IMG/VR virus record: IMGVR_UViG_3300025154_000056
Span: 32,001-96,000 of that record
DNA: 64,000 nucleotides
Direction: 5' to 3' (one strand)
Source of the DNA: a virus
Lineage: Duplodnaviria; Caudoviricetes
Shown: positions 48,895 to 58,496 of the stretch, in pieces
Position numbering within the stretch: the first letter of the stretch is position 1
How the letters are laid out: every line of letters starts with the position of its first letter
The notes under the pieces: generated by a model
What the model was told of the DNA's origin: nothing
What the model saw: only the letters and a program-made list of their open reading frames with translations
Databases searched by the model: none
Made by a program: the position numbers and the translations under genes

Positions 48895-50142
48895 ATGGGT
48901 ACCCTAGAGATACTAGACGCGATCGAGGAGGCACAAGGACGCAAAGAGAAGACAGCTATTCTCAAGGCGAACAGTGGCAACAGCAACCTGACACGTACCC
49001 TGTACTACGGAATGAACCCGTACATGACCTACTGGTTCAGCGACGCACCTACTTGGTCCTCCCTACCAATGTCGCATTCCGGCAGGTTCATTCAGTTCGA
49101 GCCATTCTTTGCTTTGCTGGAGGCAATCAACCGCAGGCAGTACACAGGCAAGGCACTGCATAATAAAGTAGGTTTATTCTTCGATGACCTACACCCCAAG
49201 GCCAAGAAGTGGTTCGGTCGTGTGCTGCAGAAGAACATGCGGCTTGGTATCTCCTACTCCAGCGTCAACAAGGTGATCCCAGGACTTGTTCCTGGGTTTG
49301 CTGTGCAGCTAGCCCACCCGCTGAAGGTGCCTCTGGAAGACCTACAGTACCCACTAATCATGGACGCGAAGATGGATGGCATCCGATGTGTGGTTAGCAA
49401 GACACGCAAGGGTGTAGTGGAGATGCGAACCCGTAAGGGGTTCCTAATCGATACCCTACCTACCATAAAGAGATTGTTTGAAAGATGCCCATTCAGTGAC
49501 TTCGTCATCGACGGAGAAGCAAAGGGAGCAGACTGGAACGAGAGCCAGTCAGTAATCGGGTCGAGTGTCAACAAGAAGCTAGATGAAAAGATTGTATTCT
49601 GGGCGTTCGATTACGTGAAGCTCGACACATTCATCAATCAGACGATTTCTATTCCATACAAGGACCGGCTTGTTATTCTTCGAAAAATCATCGGAGAGAT
49701 TACGAGCGCTCGCGTCACAGTGGTCCGAGGTAAGGTAGTTAGGAACGCAGCAGAGGCGGGCGCGCTCTACCAAGAGTTCCTCGATGAGGGGCACGAAGGT
49801 GGGATGCTCAAGGACCCAAATGCACCGTATCAATTCACCAGAACCAAGGCAGTCCAGAAGCTCAAGCCACGCGAGTCGTGGACTGGCATTGTTGTGGGGC
49901 TCACAGAGGGTACAGGTAAGCACAAGGGCACTCTCGGGGCCCTGCTTGTGTCCATCGGTGGAAAGGTCACCAGCGTGGGCTCAGGCTTCTCTGATGAGGT
50001 ACGCAGACAGGTGTGGTACGACCCTGGTAGCGCCATGCAGAAGCTTGTCGAAGTGGTCGGGCAGGACATGACAGGAGATGGTAAGATCCGATTCCCAATC
50101 TTCAAGGGATGGAGAGCTACACAGGATGTAGAGGTGGACTAA
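48895..50142 (+). CDS. ATP-dependent DNA ligase
   Basis: KMDGIR, IDGE, FD, EGGMLK, KLK, VGSGFSD, RFPIF..WR. Confidence 0.95.
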   Translation: MGTLEILDAIEEAQGRKEKTAILKANSGNSNLTRTLYYGMNPYMTYWFSDAPTWSSLPMSHSGRFIQFEPFFALLEAINRRQYTGKALHNKVGLFFDDLHPKAKKWFGRVLQKNMRLGISYSSVNKVIPGLVPGFAVQLAHPLKVPLEDLQYPLIMDAKMDGIRCVVSKTRKGVVEMRTRKGFLIDTLPTIKRLFERCPFSDFVIDGEAKGADWNESQSVIGSSVNKKLDEKIVFWAFDYVKLDTFINQTISIPYKDRLVILRKIIGEITSARVTVVRGKVVRNAAEAGALYQEFLDEGHEGGMLKDPNAPYQFTRTKAVQKLKPRESWTGIVVGLTEGTGKHKGTLGALLVSIGGKVTSVGSGFSDEVRRQVWYDPGSAMQKLVEVVGQDMTGDGKIRFPIFKGWRATQDVEVD

Positions 50143-50921
50143 TGCACGTAACCAAATTCAAAGACGGGATTGTGATCTGCGGTAGCTTCCCTAGCGAGGC
50201 TGTAGTGGTTCGCATTGCAAAGGAGCTTGCGGAGAAGCATGACCACAGGTTGCCTCTTGTTGTTGCGGACCCGCCCTACGGAAATGTCACAAAGAACGAC
50301 TGGGATAAAGTCAAGCTCACAGACGCAGCTTACGCCATGAAGTTGGTCGAGGGTATGCAAGAGCTTGAAGGTCTGCAGTCCCACGGAGATGTAGCCTATT
50401 GGTGGGGAGGTATTGGTAAGCCCGGCTTCCGACCCTTCTTCAAGTTTATCTCCTCGACCGAAACCCATACTGCATATCAGATGGTGGACCTGGTCACGTG
50501 GAAAAAGAAACGTGGTTATGGTGTACAGAACAAGTACCTGTTCGTTAGAGAGGAGTTGGCTTACTTCTGTCTCGGTGGAACCAAACCCAATGTATTCAAC
50601 ATACCGCTCCTAGACAAGGAGAGGGGCTACGCGGGCTATAACGAAAAATATCCGGCTAAGAGTAAATACCTTAGGAGGACTAATGTGTGGGATGACATCA
50701 CCGAGATACTACGTGGTAAGACCCACGATGCGGAAAAGCCTGTGGCGCTTAGTGGCATCCTTATTACTGCGCACACTAAGCCAGGAGACGTCGTGCTCGA
50801 CCTGTACTCGGCAAGTGGATCGTGCTCTATCGCAGCTAGGAGTCTAGGTCGTCAGTTCATAGCTGTTGAGAGAGACCCGGCTGAGTACGCAAAGATTGTG
50901 GCTAAATTGAGGAGAAACTAA
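50142..50921 (+). CDS. N6-adenine/N4-cytosine DNA methyltransferase (beta class)
   Basis: ADPPYG precedes NVW...H..EKP and VLDLYSASGS...GRQFIAVE. Confidence 0.9.
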   Translation: MHVTKFKDGIVICGSFPSEAVVVRIAKELAEKHDHRLPLVVADPPYGNVTKNDWDKVKLTDAAYAMKLVEGMQELEGLQSHGDVAYWWGGIGKPGFRPFFKFISSTETHTAYQMVDLVTWKKKRGYGVQNKYLFVREELAYFCLGGTKPNVFNIPLLDKERGYAGYNEKYPAKSKYLRRTNVWDDITEILRGKTHDAEKPVALSGILITAHTKPGDVVLDLYSASGSCSIAARSLGRQFIAVERDPAEYAKIVAKLRRN

Positions 50922-51205
50922 TGGATATCGAAACCCCCAACCTCGTGATTGAAGACAACACCACAGCAGGACGAGTTGCAAATCAGCAGCGTGGTATTCC
51001 ATGGCGCGTGGTCAAGCCTGGGAACGTCTTCCCTAGTAGGCACGACCGGCTGAAGAGTGAAGCTATCGCCCGTAACGCCAGCCACCATGACCTCACCCTC
51101 AAGGAGGAGAGTCGAATCAACCGCAACGCTATTCGTAAGTATCGACAGGCTCGTAAGGCAGCTCGTCGAGCACTGCGCCTCGCTCACTTCCACGGTGGCG
51201 AATGA
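50921..51205 (+). CDS. Small Arg-rich hypothetical protein
   Basis: GAGGAG RBS; coupled on both sides. Confidence 0.55.
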   Translation: MDIETPNLVIEDNTTAGRVANQQRGIPWRVVKPGNVFPSRHDRLKSEAIARNASHHDLTLKEESRINRNAIRKYRQARKAARRALRLAHFHGGE

Positions 51206-52278
51206 AAGTCCGACTCACAGCAGAGCCATCCCCCGAGAAGAAGAGGGTGGCAGCTCTAAAGAAGCTTACTGTCGACATCAACAAGGCACTTGGGGTCGAA
51301 GGCAAGCTAGTATTGGGCAGTGACCATGCTGGTATAATCAGGGTTCCTATTGGGGTTCTGGGTCTCGACGTGATCACAGGTGGTGGGCTACCACGAGGCA
51401 ACATGGTCGAGCTGTACGGAGCAGAGTCCTCAGGTAAGACCCTGTTCACCATGAATATGGTGAAAGCTATTCAGAAGCTCGGAGAACCAGTCGTGTGGCT
51501 CAAGGGTGAGGGATTCGACAAGCCATGGATGGAAAAGAATGGCGTTGATTTGAGCCTCTTGTACCTAGCTGAGGCCAAGGCAGGAGACAAGGCACTGGAG
51601 GCAGTACTCACTGCCCTGGAGAGCGGCTTGGTTGGTGGTGTCGTGGTCGACTCTGTACAGAGCCTTGCTACCTCCCGAGAGATGTCCGACTCAGTAGAGC
51701 AGGAGAGCTATGGAGGAGGCGGCTCGGGCCAGATGTGGGGCAGGGTCATGCGCAAAGCCTATGCGTACGCGAACAGCGGCAAGGCAGCGAACACATGCTT
51801 CATCACCATTTCACAGGTGCGGGAGGCTATCGGCAGCTTCGGCAAACACAAGCCCGCCCCCAAGCCCACCGGCATCCGGTCCATTAGGCATTGGAAAGCC
51901 ATCTCTTTGGAGTGCAAAGCAAGCGAACCGTTCTTCATCAATGAAAAGATTGATGAACGCAAGTTGATGTACGCTCGTGAGTTCGTAGTCAGGTGTAGGA
52001 AAAACAAGACTTCAATTCCAGAGCGCTCAGCCACCATCCGGTACTACTTCCGAAAGCATGAAGGAGTACCGTTTGGTGTGGACCACGCAGACCAGATTTT
52101 CAGGTACGCAAAAGCGTATGATCTGCTGGAGGTCAGCGGCTCCTGGTACAACATCGGAGAAGACTTCAAAGCTCAAGGCAAGGAACCCTTCCTGGAGGAG
52201 TTGAGGAAGCACCCAGCATATATGAAGAAACTCTACAACCAGATACTCAAGCTCGTAGACAAGGAGGCAAACGGGTGA
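51202..52278 (+). CDS. recA: RecA-like recombinase
   Basis: GGLPRG..VELYGAESSGKT, VVVDSV, ISQVR, KNKT, GSWY, QGKE. Confidence 0.95.
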   Translation: MKVRLTAEPSPEKKRVAALKKLTVDINKALGVEGKLVLGSDHAGIIRVPIGVLGLDVITGGGLPRGNMVELYGAESSGKTLFTMNMVKAIQKLGEPVVWLKGEGFDKPWMEKNGVDLSLLYLAEAKAGDKALEAVLTALESGLVGGVVVDSVQSLATSREMSDSVEQESYGGGGSGQMWGRVMRKAYAYANSGKAANTCFITISQVREAIGSFGKHKPAPKPTGIRSIRHWKAISLECKASEPFFINEKIDERKLMYAREFVVRCRKNKTSIPERSATIRYYFRKHEGVPFGVDHADQIFRYAKAYDLLEVSGSWYNIGEDFKAQGKEPFLEELRKHPAYMKKLYNQILKLVDKEANG

Positions 52279-52661
52279 TCCAAGAGAAGGAAGACAAGCA
52301 TCTTTGGCGTCTGAACTACGTCACTCCAGACGCGGCTAGGGTATTTGTGGGGTATGTGCTGGCTCAGACGTGGTTCCTGGCTAGGCAGGCAGCGGAGCCT
52401 CTCTTTCGTCGCAGCTACAAGGAAGCGTGGCCCGTTGTGCACGCTGACCATGATGGGAATGAAGCTCCTTTCATTATCAACAGCGTAAAGGTGAAGCAAA
52501 TTGAGGAAGCCCAAGTTGTTGAGCCCCAAACGCCCCTCCACGGAGCGCATACGGAAGTCGAGAAAGCAAGAGCAGGATCTAGCGAGCAGGCTTTCAGGTG
52601 GCTCCCGAGTACCAGGCAGTGGGAACCAGTGGCACTCGAAAGGCGACGTAAAAAGCGATGA
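52275..52661 (+). CDS. Hypothetical protein (3' part overlaps next gene)
   Basis: AAGGAGG RBS; GTGA coupling to recA. Confidence 0.45.
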   Translation: MIQEKEDKHLWRLNYVTPDAARVFVGYVLAQTWFLARQAAEPLFRRSYKEAWPVVHADHDGNEAPFIINSVKVKQIEEAQVVEPQTPLHGAHTEVEKARAGSSEQAFRWLPSTRQWEPVALERRRKKR

Positions 52662-52839
52662 ACTATTGGTGGAGTGTAAGACCACCGAAAAGGCTTCGTA
52701 CAGGCTATCGCTGGATACATTGAAGACCGCCGAGTTAGACGCTATAATGGCAGGCAAACTCGGAGTGCTACAGCTGGAGATGCAGGGTAGGAAGTACGCT
52801 GTACTGAGCTGGGACGAATTCGAAAGGTTGATAAAGTGA
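52501..52839 (+). CDS. Small PD-(D/E)XK nuclease (resolvase-like)
   Basis: E...A..L.G.R.PGSG....KGDV....LVECK. Confidence 0.8.
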   Translation: MRKPKLLSPKRPSTERIRKSRKQEQDLASRLSGGSRVPGSGNQWHSKGDVKSDELLVECKTTEKASYRLSLDTLKTAELDAIMAGKLGVLQLEMQGRKYAVLSWDEFERLIK

Positions 52840-53630
52840 AACGACTTAGCGACTTGATCAGAGGAGAGCGCCCCCGCCTTGGCGCCTCCCGACGAAAGAA
52901 GGATGCCCCTGAAGCGGTCGCATCCTTGTTTGATGTTGAGAAGTTCATTGGGCTGGACCACCAAGAAGAGCCACCGAACCTGATCGAGGTCATGCAAGAC
53001 TGTCAGACGCAGATGAATGCGGAGTTGAACTTCTTCCGCCCGTCTGGCTTGTTTAGGTGCGAAAGAGCCGCAGTGTTTTCGTACAGGAATGCAAAGAAGA
53101 GTAGGGCCCAGACGGACCCTACTCTCATGCGTATCTTGGACGAGGGTACTGCAGTGCACACAGTAGTGCAGAGGTACTTGGGGAATGACAGACACAAGTA
53201 CTACTTTGTGCCAGAGGCACGGAGCTACACCAAGATTGGTCCTTATGCATTCAGCGGAAGCTGCGATGGCATTCTCATCCGGCGTAGTGACAATTACCGT
53301 TGGGCAATTGAGATCAAAACCATCTCCGAGAAGGGCTTCGACAAGCTAGGTCGCAAAGCGAAGCGAGAGCACGAGCGGCAGGCGGTCCTATACGCCCTTG
53401 CTCACAAGGTTTGGTGGGTCTCCTTCCTCTACTGGAATAAGAGCAATGGAACTGTCAAGACCTTCAACTTCAAAGCGGATCAGAAGACGGTACTAGAGTG
53501 TACCGCTCGCATGGATCATCTCTACGCTTTCGTCAAGGCAAACAAGCTGCCTCAATTCGACGCCAGGCAGTGCAACCCAGGCATGTGCCCTCACGTTGAG
53601 ATCTGCAAAAAGAACGGAGGTAATCCGTGA
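52836..53630 (+). CDS. Cas4/AddB-like PD-(D/E)XK exonuclease with four Cys
   Basis: PS....C.R, GTAVH, G..DG, IEIKT, Q..LY, C....CP...IC. Confidence 0.85.
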   Translation: MKRLSDLIRGERPRLGASRRKKDAPEAVASLFDVEKFIGLDHQEEPPNLIEVMQDCQTQMNAELNFFRPSGLFRCERAAVFSYRNAKKSRAQTDPTLMRILDEGTAVHTVVQRYLGNDRHKYYFVPEARSYTKIGPYAFSGSCDGILIRRSDNYRWAIEIKTISEKGFDKLGRKAKREHERQAVLYALAHKVWWVSFLYWNKSNGTVKTFNFKADQKTVLECTARMDHLYAFVKANKLPQFDARQCNPGMCPHVEICKKNGGNP

Positions 53631-53872
53631 AAGTCGTTGAGTTGCTGAAGCCAGAGCCTGACCAGGCAATCATCGCCATGCTTGAGGACCTGTTGTCGAA
53701 GGCAAAGCAAGGTGATGTGACAGCTATAGCTGTCGCAGCACAAGTACGCATCGATGGAGACTCGGGTACGCTTGTGGGCTACGACCTAGGGCAGAACGGA
53801 GACATTGCTCACCTGGTGTGCGCAATAGAAAGAACCAAACTAGCCCTGCTGAGGGCAGGGAATGAGGATTGA
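53627..53872 (+). CDS. Hypothetical protein
   Basis: GGAGG RBS; coupled. Confidence 0.6.
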   Translation: MKVVELLKPEPDQAIIAMLEDLLSKAKQGDVTAIAVAAQVRIDGDSGTLVGYDLGQNGDIAHLVCAIERTKLALLRAGNED

Positions 53873-54069
53873 TCATGATGAAGGTTGGAGAGAGGTACGA
53901 GACGGAGATCACTAACGCTCATACTGGTGAGAGCCACCGTGTTTGGGTAACGCTAGAAGCCCTGAGAGAAGATGGCACGATGGTGCTGAAAGTAGATGAA
54001 GATTCAATCTACAAGCCAGGTGTTTGTTTTGACATCGCGCCAGTGGTTGTAGGTAAAGGAGCAAATTGA
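53869..54069 (+). CDS. Hypothetical protein
   Basis: GAGG RBS; coupled. Confidence 0.5.
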   Translation: MIMMKVGERYETEITNAHTGESHRVWVTLEALREDGTMVLKVDEDSIYKPGVCFDIAPVVVGKGAN

Positions 54070-54263
54070 TGCCTCGTATTGAGAGCTTGTTTGACGAACC
54101 TGAAGACCTCGATGAGGATTTCGACAACACCACTCGTTCGCTGAGAGACCTCATGGACGGAGGTGACTGCCTTGCTTGTGACAGCGTGGATGAGCTGGAG
54201 TCAGAGCCTGGTGTGTGCTGGGGTGACGGCGCGCTGTCAGGTGTTGGAGGTAGGAACTACTGA
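54069..54263 (+). CDS. Small acidic hypothetical protein
   Basis: AAGGAG RBS. Confidence 0.45.
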   Translation: MPRIESLFDEPEDLDEDFDNTTRSLRDLMDGGDCLACDSVDELESEPGVCWGDGALSGVGGRNY

Positions 54264-54335
54264 TCCTGTCATCGAAATTCTGAGCGGACCCAATTTTGGC
54301 TTATGGGTCGCCGACAAACTGAAGGACTTGGCGTA

Positions 54336-54731
54336 ATGAAAGACATTGAGATTGACCACTTCGGCACTCCAGGTAACCCGACAACCCCCCGGTCGGAAAC
54401 CCCTGATGTAGTTCGGGCACCCTTCACCGAGAACTCCATGCTCGGTCAAATCACTGTTGGTGAATTCATCACAGTGATGACGCACCTTGAGCAAACCAAG
54501 CAGTACGCAAATGCAAAGAAGGAACACGAAATCGCAAGTCGAGTGTTCCAAGACGTAGTGGGGATCACAGCCACTGCCGCTCACCCTTTCCGAATCAAGA
54601 CCTTAGACGACGTGGAGAAGCTCCACGAGATGCTCACCAAGGCCATGAAGGAGGGTGTAGAGGGTGATGAAATTGCTGTGATGCTCGCTATAGTCAGCCC
54701 TCCAGCGCAGCCCACGTACAAGGGTGTGTGA
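54336..54731 (+). CDS. Hypothetical protein
   Basis: AAGGA RBS before ATG 54336. Confidence 0.55.
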   Translation: MKDIEIDHFGTPGNPTTPRSETPDVVRAPFTENSMLGQITVGEFITVMTHLEQTKQYANAKKEHEIASRVFQDVVGITATAAHPFRIKTLDDVEKLHEMLTKAMKEGVEGDEIAVMLAIVSPPAQPTYKGV

Positions 54732-55207
54732 TGGCTCGAAAGAGCGCTATTTACCAGTGTCCTGTTTGTGGTCGCGGGATTGCGGCTACAACACAGGACC
54801 CTGTCGTTTCTAGTAGTCAAACAGGAAGATTCTATTACCACAAGAAGTGCTACACAGCACTGTGGAGATACCTCCGTGAAGATCCGTCTTACCGAGAAAC
54901 AAAACCCATCACAAAAGGTGACCTCTCGAAAGCCCTCAAAGCTGTCGCGAAAAAGACTCGATTCGATTCGCGAAAAAGCAGCGCAGGCCCATCTAGAGGT
55001 CACAAAAGGATTCGCCTCGTTGCAGGTGCGGGTACCCCCCAGGCCAGCACTCAAAAACGGGCAGCTACTCGAACCTCTGCTACCAGAAGATCTGACGGTG
55101 CTAAACGATGTCCTGTTGGGTCGTCTGTTTTCAGAGTTCGCCTGCATGGCACAGTACGTTCAACTCCATCTAGCAGCGAAGTCCGTCAACACGGCGATAA
55201 AGCGTAG
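54731..55207 (+). CDS. Zn-finger-like hypothetical protein overlapping next gene
   Basis: CPVCG...HKKC; coupled to upstream gene. Confidence 0.45.
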   Translation: MARKSAIYQCPVCGRGIAATTQDPVVSSSQTGRFYYHKKCYTALWRYLREDPSYRETKPITKGDLSKALKAVAKKTRFDSRKSSAGPSRGHKRIRLVAGAGTPQASTQKRAATRTSATRRSDGAKRCPVGSSVFRVRLHGTVRSTPSSSEVRQHGDKA

Positions 55208-55442
55208 GATTGAGCGACATATCAGAGCGTCTGTCAGGCTTGAGAAGGATGGGACAGTCGAAGACAAGACAGCACAGGTGGATGTCGACATACGGTCGAT
55301 TGACATCTCCTTCGATTTGGCTGTCGCAGAAGGCGTCGAAGTGATGACAAAAGGAGTGATGGATATGTACGTCTCAGGGCGTGATGCCATCTCCAGAGAG
55401 ATCACTAGGCGTCAGATGATTCTGAAAGAGAGAGCGCTATGA
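54876..55442 (+). CDS. Putative recombination mediator (UvsY-like helical protein)
   Basis: GGAG before GTG 54876; helical, ends ISREITRR; near recA; family call tentative. Confidence 0.5.
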   Translation: MKIRLTEKQNPSQKVTSRKPSKLSRKRLDSIREKAAQAHLEVTKGFASLQVRVPPRPALKNGQLLEPLLPEDLTVLNDVLLGRLFSEFACMAQYVQLHLAAKSVNTAIKRRIERHIRASVRLEKDGTVEDKTAQVDVDIRSIDISFDLAVAEGVEVMTKGVMDMYVSGRDAISREITRRQMILKERAL

Positions 55443-55750
55443 CGGATATCAATAGTACCCCTGATATGGAACTCCGTGTCAAGAACACTACCAATGTGCA
55501 GCACCTCGCCACTTCGATCGTCAAGAACATCGAAGAGGGGCGTAAGGTCTTTATGTCTTGTATCGGTGTGCAGTCCATCTCTCAGGCCACCAAGAGCCTC
55601 GCCATTGCGAATGGTAAGGTGGCCCCAACTGGTTACATGCTGTGTTGCATACCTGCTTTTCATCATGAGGTGCTTAGCAGTGAGGATGGAGGCGACGAAA
55701 AGAAGACAATCATTCATCTGCGTCTGCGCAAAATCAATCTAGGTGATTGA
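55439..55750 (+). CDS. spoVS: SpoVS-family (Alba-like fold) protein
   Basis: LRV....LA.SI...IGVQSISQATKSLAIANGKVAPTGYMLCCIPAF matches SpoVS pattern IGAGALNQAVKAVAIARGFVAPSGxDLICIPAF. Confidence 0.85.
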   Translation: MTDINSTPDMELRVKNTTNVQHLATSIVKNIEEGRKVFMSCIGVQSISQATKSLAIANGKVAPTGYMLCCIPAFHHEVLSSEDGGDEKKTIIHLRLRKINLGD

Positions 55751-56365
55751 ATGGGACGCTCGCAGAGGCAAAAAGGTGCTCGTGGGGAGCGCAGGGTAGC
55801 GAATGAGCTGCGTGAACTGCTTGCGCCTCACTTCCCAGAGCTGGTGGACCACATACGGCGTGGTGCTCAGTCTCGGGAAGGTGACGACAATGCAGACGTA
55901 GAGGGCATTCCTGGCCTTTGGTTCGAGGTGAAGCACGGGAAGCTACCAAACCCTCGTGCTGCCCTCGACCAAGCCACTACAGCGTCTGCTGGGAGGCGTA
56001 CGCCCCTAGCAGTCATCATCGACGACCGAAAACCCCCCTTCGTAGTGATGTGGTGGGACGACATACAGCAATTCATACTGACCTATTTGGAGAAGACCTA
56101 TGTACGACAGGGATTTGTACATGCCCGGCCCGGACGGGACGATGTTTCAGATCACGCGGGATCTGGACGGCACAACGACAGCAACCCCAGTGACCGACCC
56201 CGAAGCGAAATTCATCGAGGTAACGGAAAAGGATCTGTCGGGCAACGTGAAGTCAACGGGGTGGTACCACCTAGCGCAGGACATCGAAGAGGCGAAGAAG
56301 CAAGCGGAGGACAACAGTCACAGGTTGTTTTTCGGTATCGAAGAAAACGAGAAAGACCCTGCTAA
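55751..56365 (+). CDS. Holliday junction resolvase-like PD-(D/E)XK nuclease with overlapping C-terminal extension
   Basis: SQRQKGARGER, ADV......EVK, A..QA. Confidence 0.8.
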   Translation: MGRSQRQKGARGERRVANELRELLAPHFPELVDHIRRGAQSREGDDNADVEGIPGLWFEVKHGKLPNPRAALDQATTASAGRRTPLAVIIDDRKPPFVVMWWDDIQQFILTYLEKTYVRQGFVHARPGRDDVSDHAGSGRHNDSNPSDRPRSEIHRGNGKGSVGQREVNGVVPPSAGHRRGEEASGGQQSQVVFRYRRKRERPC

Positions 56366-56807
56366 AATCAAGCAGAGGTTTAGGCGTGTCGACCAACTGC
56401 AGAGTCTGCTCACCCAAATCACTATGGATAGGATGAGTCCAGTTGGTATTCCTCAGGTCCGCTACGTCAAAGACGAGATGTTCATGGACTTGATGAATAT
56501 GTACAAGAAGGCAACGCTTGATGGCAAGCAGAAGGATTGTGAATTCCAACCTCTCAATACGTACATGCACAAGCTGGTTCTCAAGACCGGTAAGCAGTTG
56601 CGCCCTGTCCTGGTTGGTGAAGTCGGGATGATTGGACCTGAGATTCTGTGCCTCGAACAAGGCTATGGCGGCACTGTGTTCTCGGTCTCCGCTGCCATCT
56701 CCAGAGACCAAGAAGAGCAACGTAAGGCTCGGGAGGCTGAGGCCGCCCCCACTACCCAGCGTAACTCTGGTGAGGATTGGGAGTACGCGGATGAGGAGGA
56801 GGAATGA
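56100..56807 (+). CDS. Hypothetical protein
   Basis: GGAG RBS; phage-like codon usage; acidic C-terminus. Confidence 0.65.
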   Translation: MYDRDLYMPGPDGTMFQITRDLDGTTTATPVTDPEAKFIEVTEKDLSGNVKSTGWYHLAQDIEEAKKQAEDNSHRLFFGIEENEKDPAKIKQRFRRVDQLQSLLTQITMDRMSPVGIPQVRYVKDEMFMDLMNMYKKATLDGKQKDCEFQPLNTYMHKLVLKTGKQLRPVLVGEVGMIGPEILCLEQGYGGTVFSVSAAISRDQEEQRKAREAEAAPTTQRNSGEDWEYADEEEE

Positions 56808-57001
56808 GTCGGCGTACGGTTACTGTGTATACGTGTAGTCGTTGTGGTATTGAAGACGACGGCGATGATACAATACCTCCAGATGAATGGAACCAACTAA
56901 CAGATGTGAACGACAAGGTAGTCGACCTGTGCCGCTTGTGTGCTGTCTCCTATGACCGATGGTTCAGGATGATAGACAGCAATGCAGAGGAGTCGAAATG
57001 A
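56804..57001 (+). CDS. Small Zn-binding protein
   Basis: CSRCG...P..W...DLCRLC. Confidence 0.65.
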   Translation: MSRRTVTVYTCSRCGIEDDGDDTIPPDEWNQLTDVNDKVVDLCRLCAVSYDRWFRMIDSNAEESK

Positions 57002-57249
57002 AAACGTACGACCCAGATGCAGACGAGACAAATGCACCCAAGGCACCTTGTAGTGGGTGTGGCAACGATGCACAAAACATCGCTACAGCATGTCAAATCA
57101 TGGTAAATGCACACACCATGATTTCATTCATGTACAAGGGGCTGGCTGACAAGGCGAGGACACCAGACGACAAGCAAAAGTACATGGCTGAATTCCATAA
57201 GCACAAGTCCATGGCAGAGATGTCAGGGAAAGTCGTGCTGCCAGACTGA
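56998..57249 (+). CDS. Hypothetical protein
   Basis: GAGGAG RBS; CSGC. Confidence 0.55.
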   Translation: MKTYDPDADETNAPKAPCSGCGNDAQNIATACQIMVNAHTMISFMYKGLADKARTPDDKQKYMAEFHKHKSMAEMSGKVVLPD

Positions 57250-57258
57250 GGTACAACA

Positions 57259-58110
57259 ATGAAGCCTCTTACTAAGAGAACTCATACTGACAAGATCATA
57301 CAGATGGCCCTAGACGGGACTCTTGAAGAGCACGGGGAGGATATTGAATACAAGCTAGTTCATTTGTGGGGCGCAAACGGCTGCCCAGACGGACTGACAT
57401 TCGACCCCAGGATCTACCGAGAGTGTGCAATCAAGCTAGCTGCTTATGCATGTCGTGATGGTCTGATCATCCATGGTGACCCTCTGTTTGAGGAGGTTAC
57501 TGAGGGTCGACAGACCGACATGATCAAGTGGAAGAAGCTCTATTCATCGTGCGGAGACTTACCTCATTGGATGCTGAAGATGCTTGGTTGCAGGAATGAG
57601 AAGCTCGTCAATAGGAATGACGATGGTGGTGAGATTCCGTGGGTGGTTGGGGCAAACCTGTCACGCATCATCTACAGCGCACAAGGTTCATTCATCTGGT
57701 CTCGACAGAACAAGCTCAGGTTCCCCAAGAATGGCGACGTGGTCTACCTGGGGTACCCAGAGCACGTTGGTGTAGTGCTTGGCAGGTCCGGTAGCCTCAA
57801 CGTCGGCGAAATCCCGGAGGCGGTCATACTCGCTGAGTACGGGCAAGTCGATGATATCAAAAAGGGCCGCACACCAACCTTCAAACCGGCTGGCAAGGTC
57901 CGAGTCCACCTCGTCAGTCGTCAGTACAATGGTGACATTCTGATTGGTGAACGCAGTCTCTTTGGCTGGCTCGACATTACCACAGTTGGTAATGACGTAC
58001 CTGCTACCGTACCCAAGTCGTTCAACATCGGTACCCCCTACAGAGATGATAACAACCCCTACATTTACCCTCCTGAGCATGGCTTTGGGGCTGAGGACGA
58101 TGAGTCATGA
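57259..58110 (+). CDS. Putative CHAP/NlpC-P60-like Cys-His amidase
   Basis: SSCGDLPHWML..LG and P..GDVVY....EHVGVV. Confidence 0.5.
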   Translation: MKPLTKRTHTDKIIQMALDGTLEEHGEDIEYKLVHLWGANGCPDGLTFDPRIYRECAIKLAAYACRDGLIIHGDPLFEEVTEGRQTDMIKWKKLYSSCGDLPHWMLKMLGCRNEKLVNRNDDGGEIPWVVGANLSRIIYSAQGSFIWSRQNKLRFPKNGDVVYLGYPEHVGVVLGRSGSLNVGEIPEAVILAEYGQVDDIKKGRTPTFKPAGKVRVHLVSRQYNGDILIGERSLFGWLDITTVGNDVPATVPKSFNIGTPYRDDNNPYIYPPEHGFGAEDDES

Positions 58111-58496
58111 AACAGTTCAAGTACACTCTCACCAAGAAGTTCGAATTCCACGCAGCTCATTCACTCAAGGGAGCTGTACCGGACTCCCACAAGTGTGCTG
58201 TGCTTCATGGGCACACATACAAGGGAGAGATGAAGCTGCATGCGGTGGACCTAGAAGATCATCTTGTGGTTGATGCTGGCATATTGAGCGCAGTCATATC
58301 GCAGCTTGACCACAAGAACCTCAACGATGTCCTGCATCACCCGGCGTCAGTAGAGAACATCGCACGATGGATTGCTGAGGCAACCCTCAACACCCTGTTC
58401 AAGCTCGGTATTGAGAACTCAGTACAGTTCGATTACGTTGAATTGTGGGAGACGGATTCTCTCTCGTGCAGAGTCACGTTGGAGGACGTAGAGTGA
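58107..58496 (+). CDS. queD: 6-carboxy-5,6,7,8-tetrahydropterin synthase
   Basis: FHAAH.L...KC..LHGHTY, LDH..LND, ENIA.WI, LWET. Confidence 0.95.
   Translation: MKQFKYTLTKKFEFHAAHSLKGAVPDSHKCAVLHGHTYKGEMKLHAVDLEDHLVVDAGILSAVISQLDHKNLNDVLHHPASVENIARWIAEATLNTLFKLGIENSVQFDYVELWETDSLSCRVTLEDVE

Noticed and set aside
48566-48907. 113-aa ORF overlapping 48484 gene
   Set aside because: No RBS at 48566; at most the last 45 codons from GTG 48770 may be a small gene, too weak to call.
52836-53630. Cas4-like gene as part of a CRISPR-Cas system
   Set aside because: No cas1/cas2 or array; solo Cas4-like nucleases are common in phage recombination modules.
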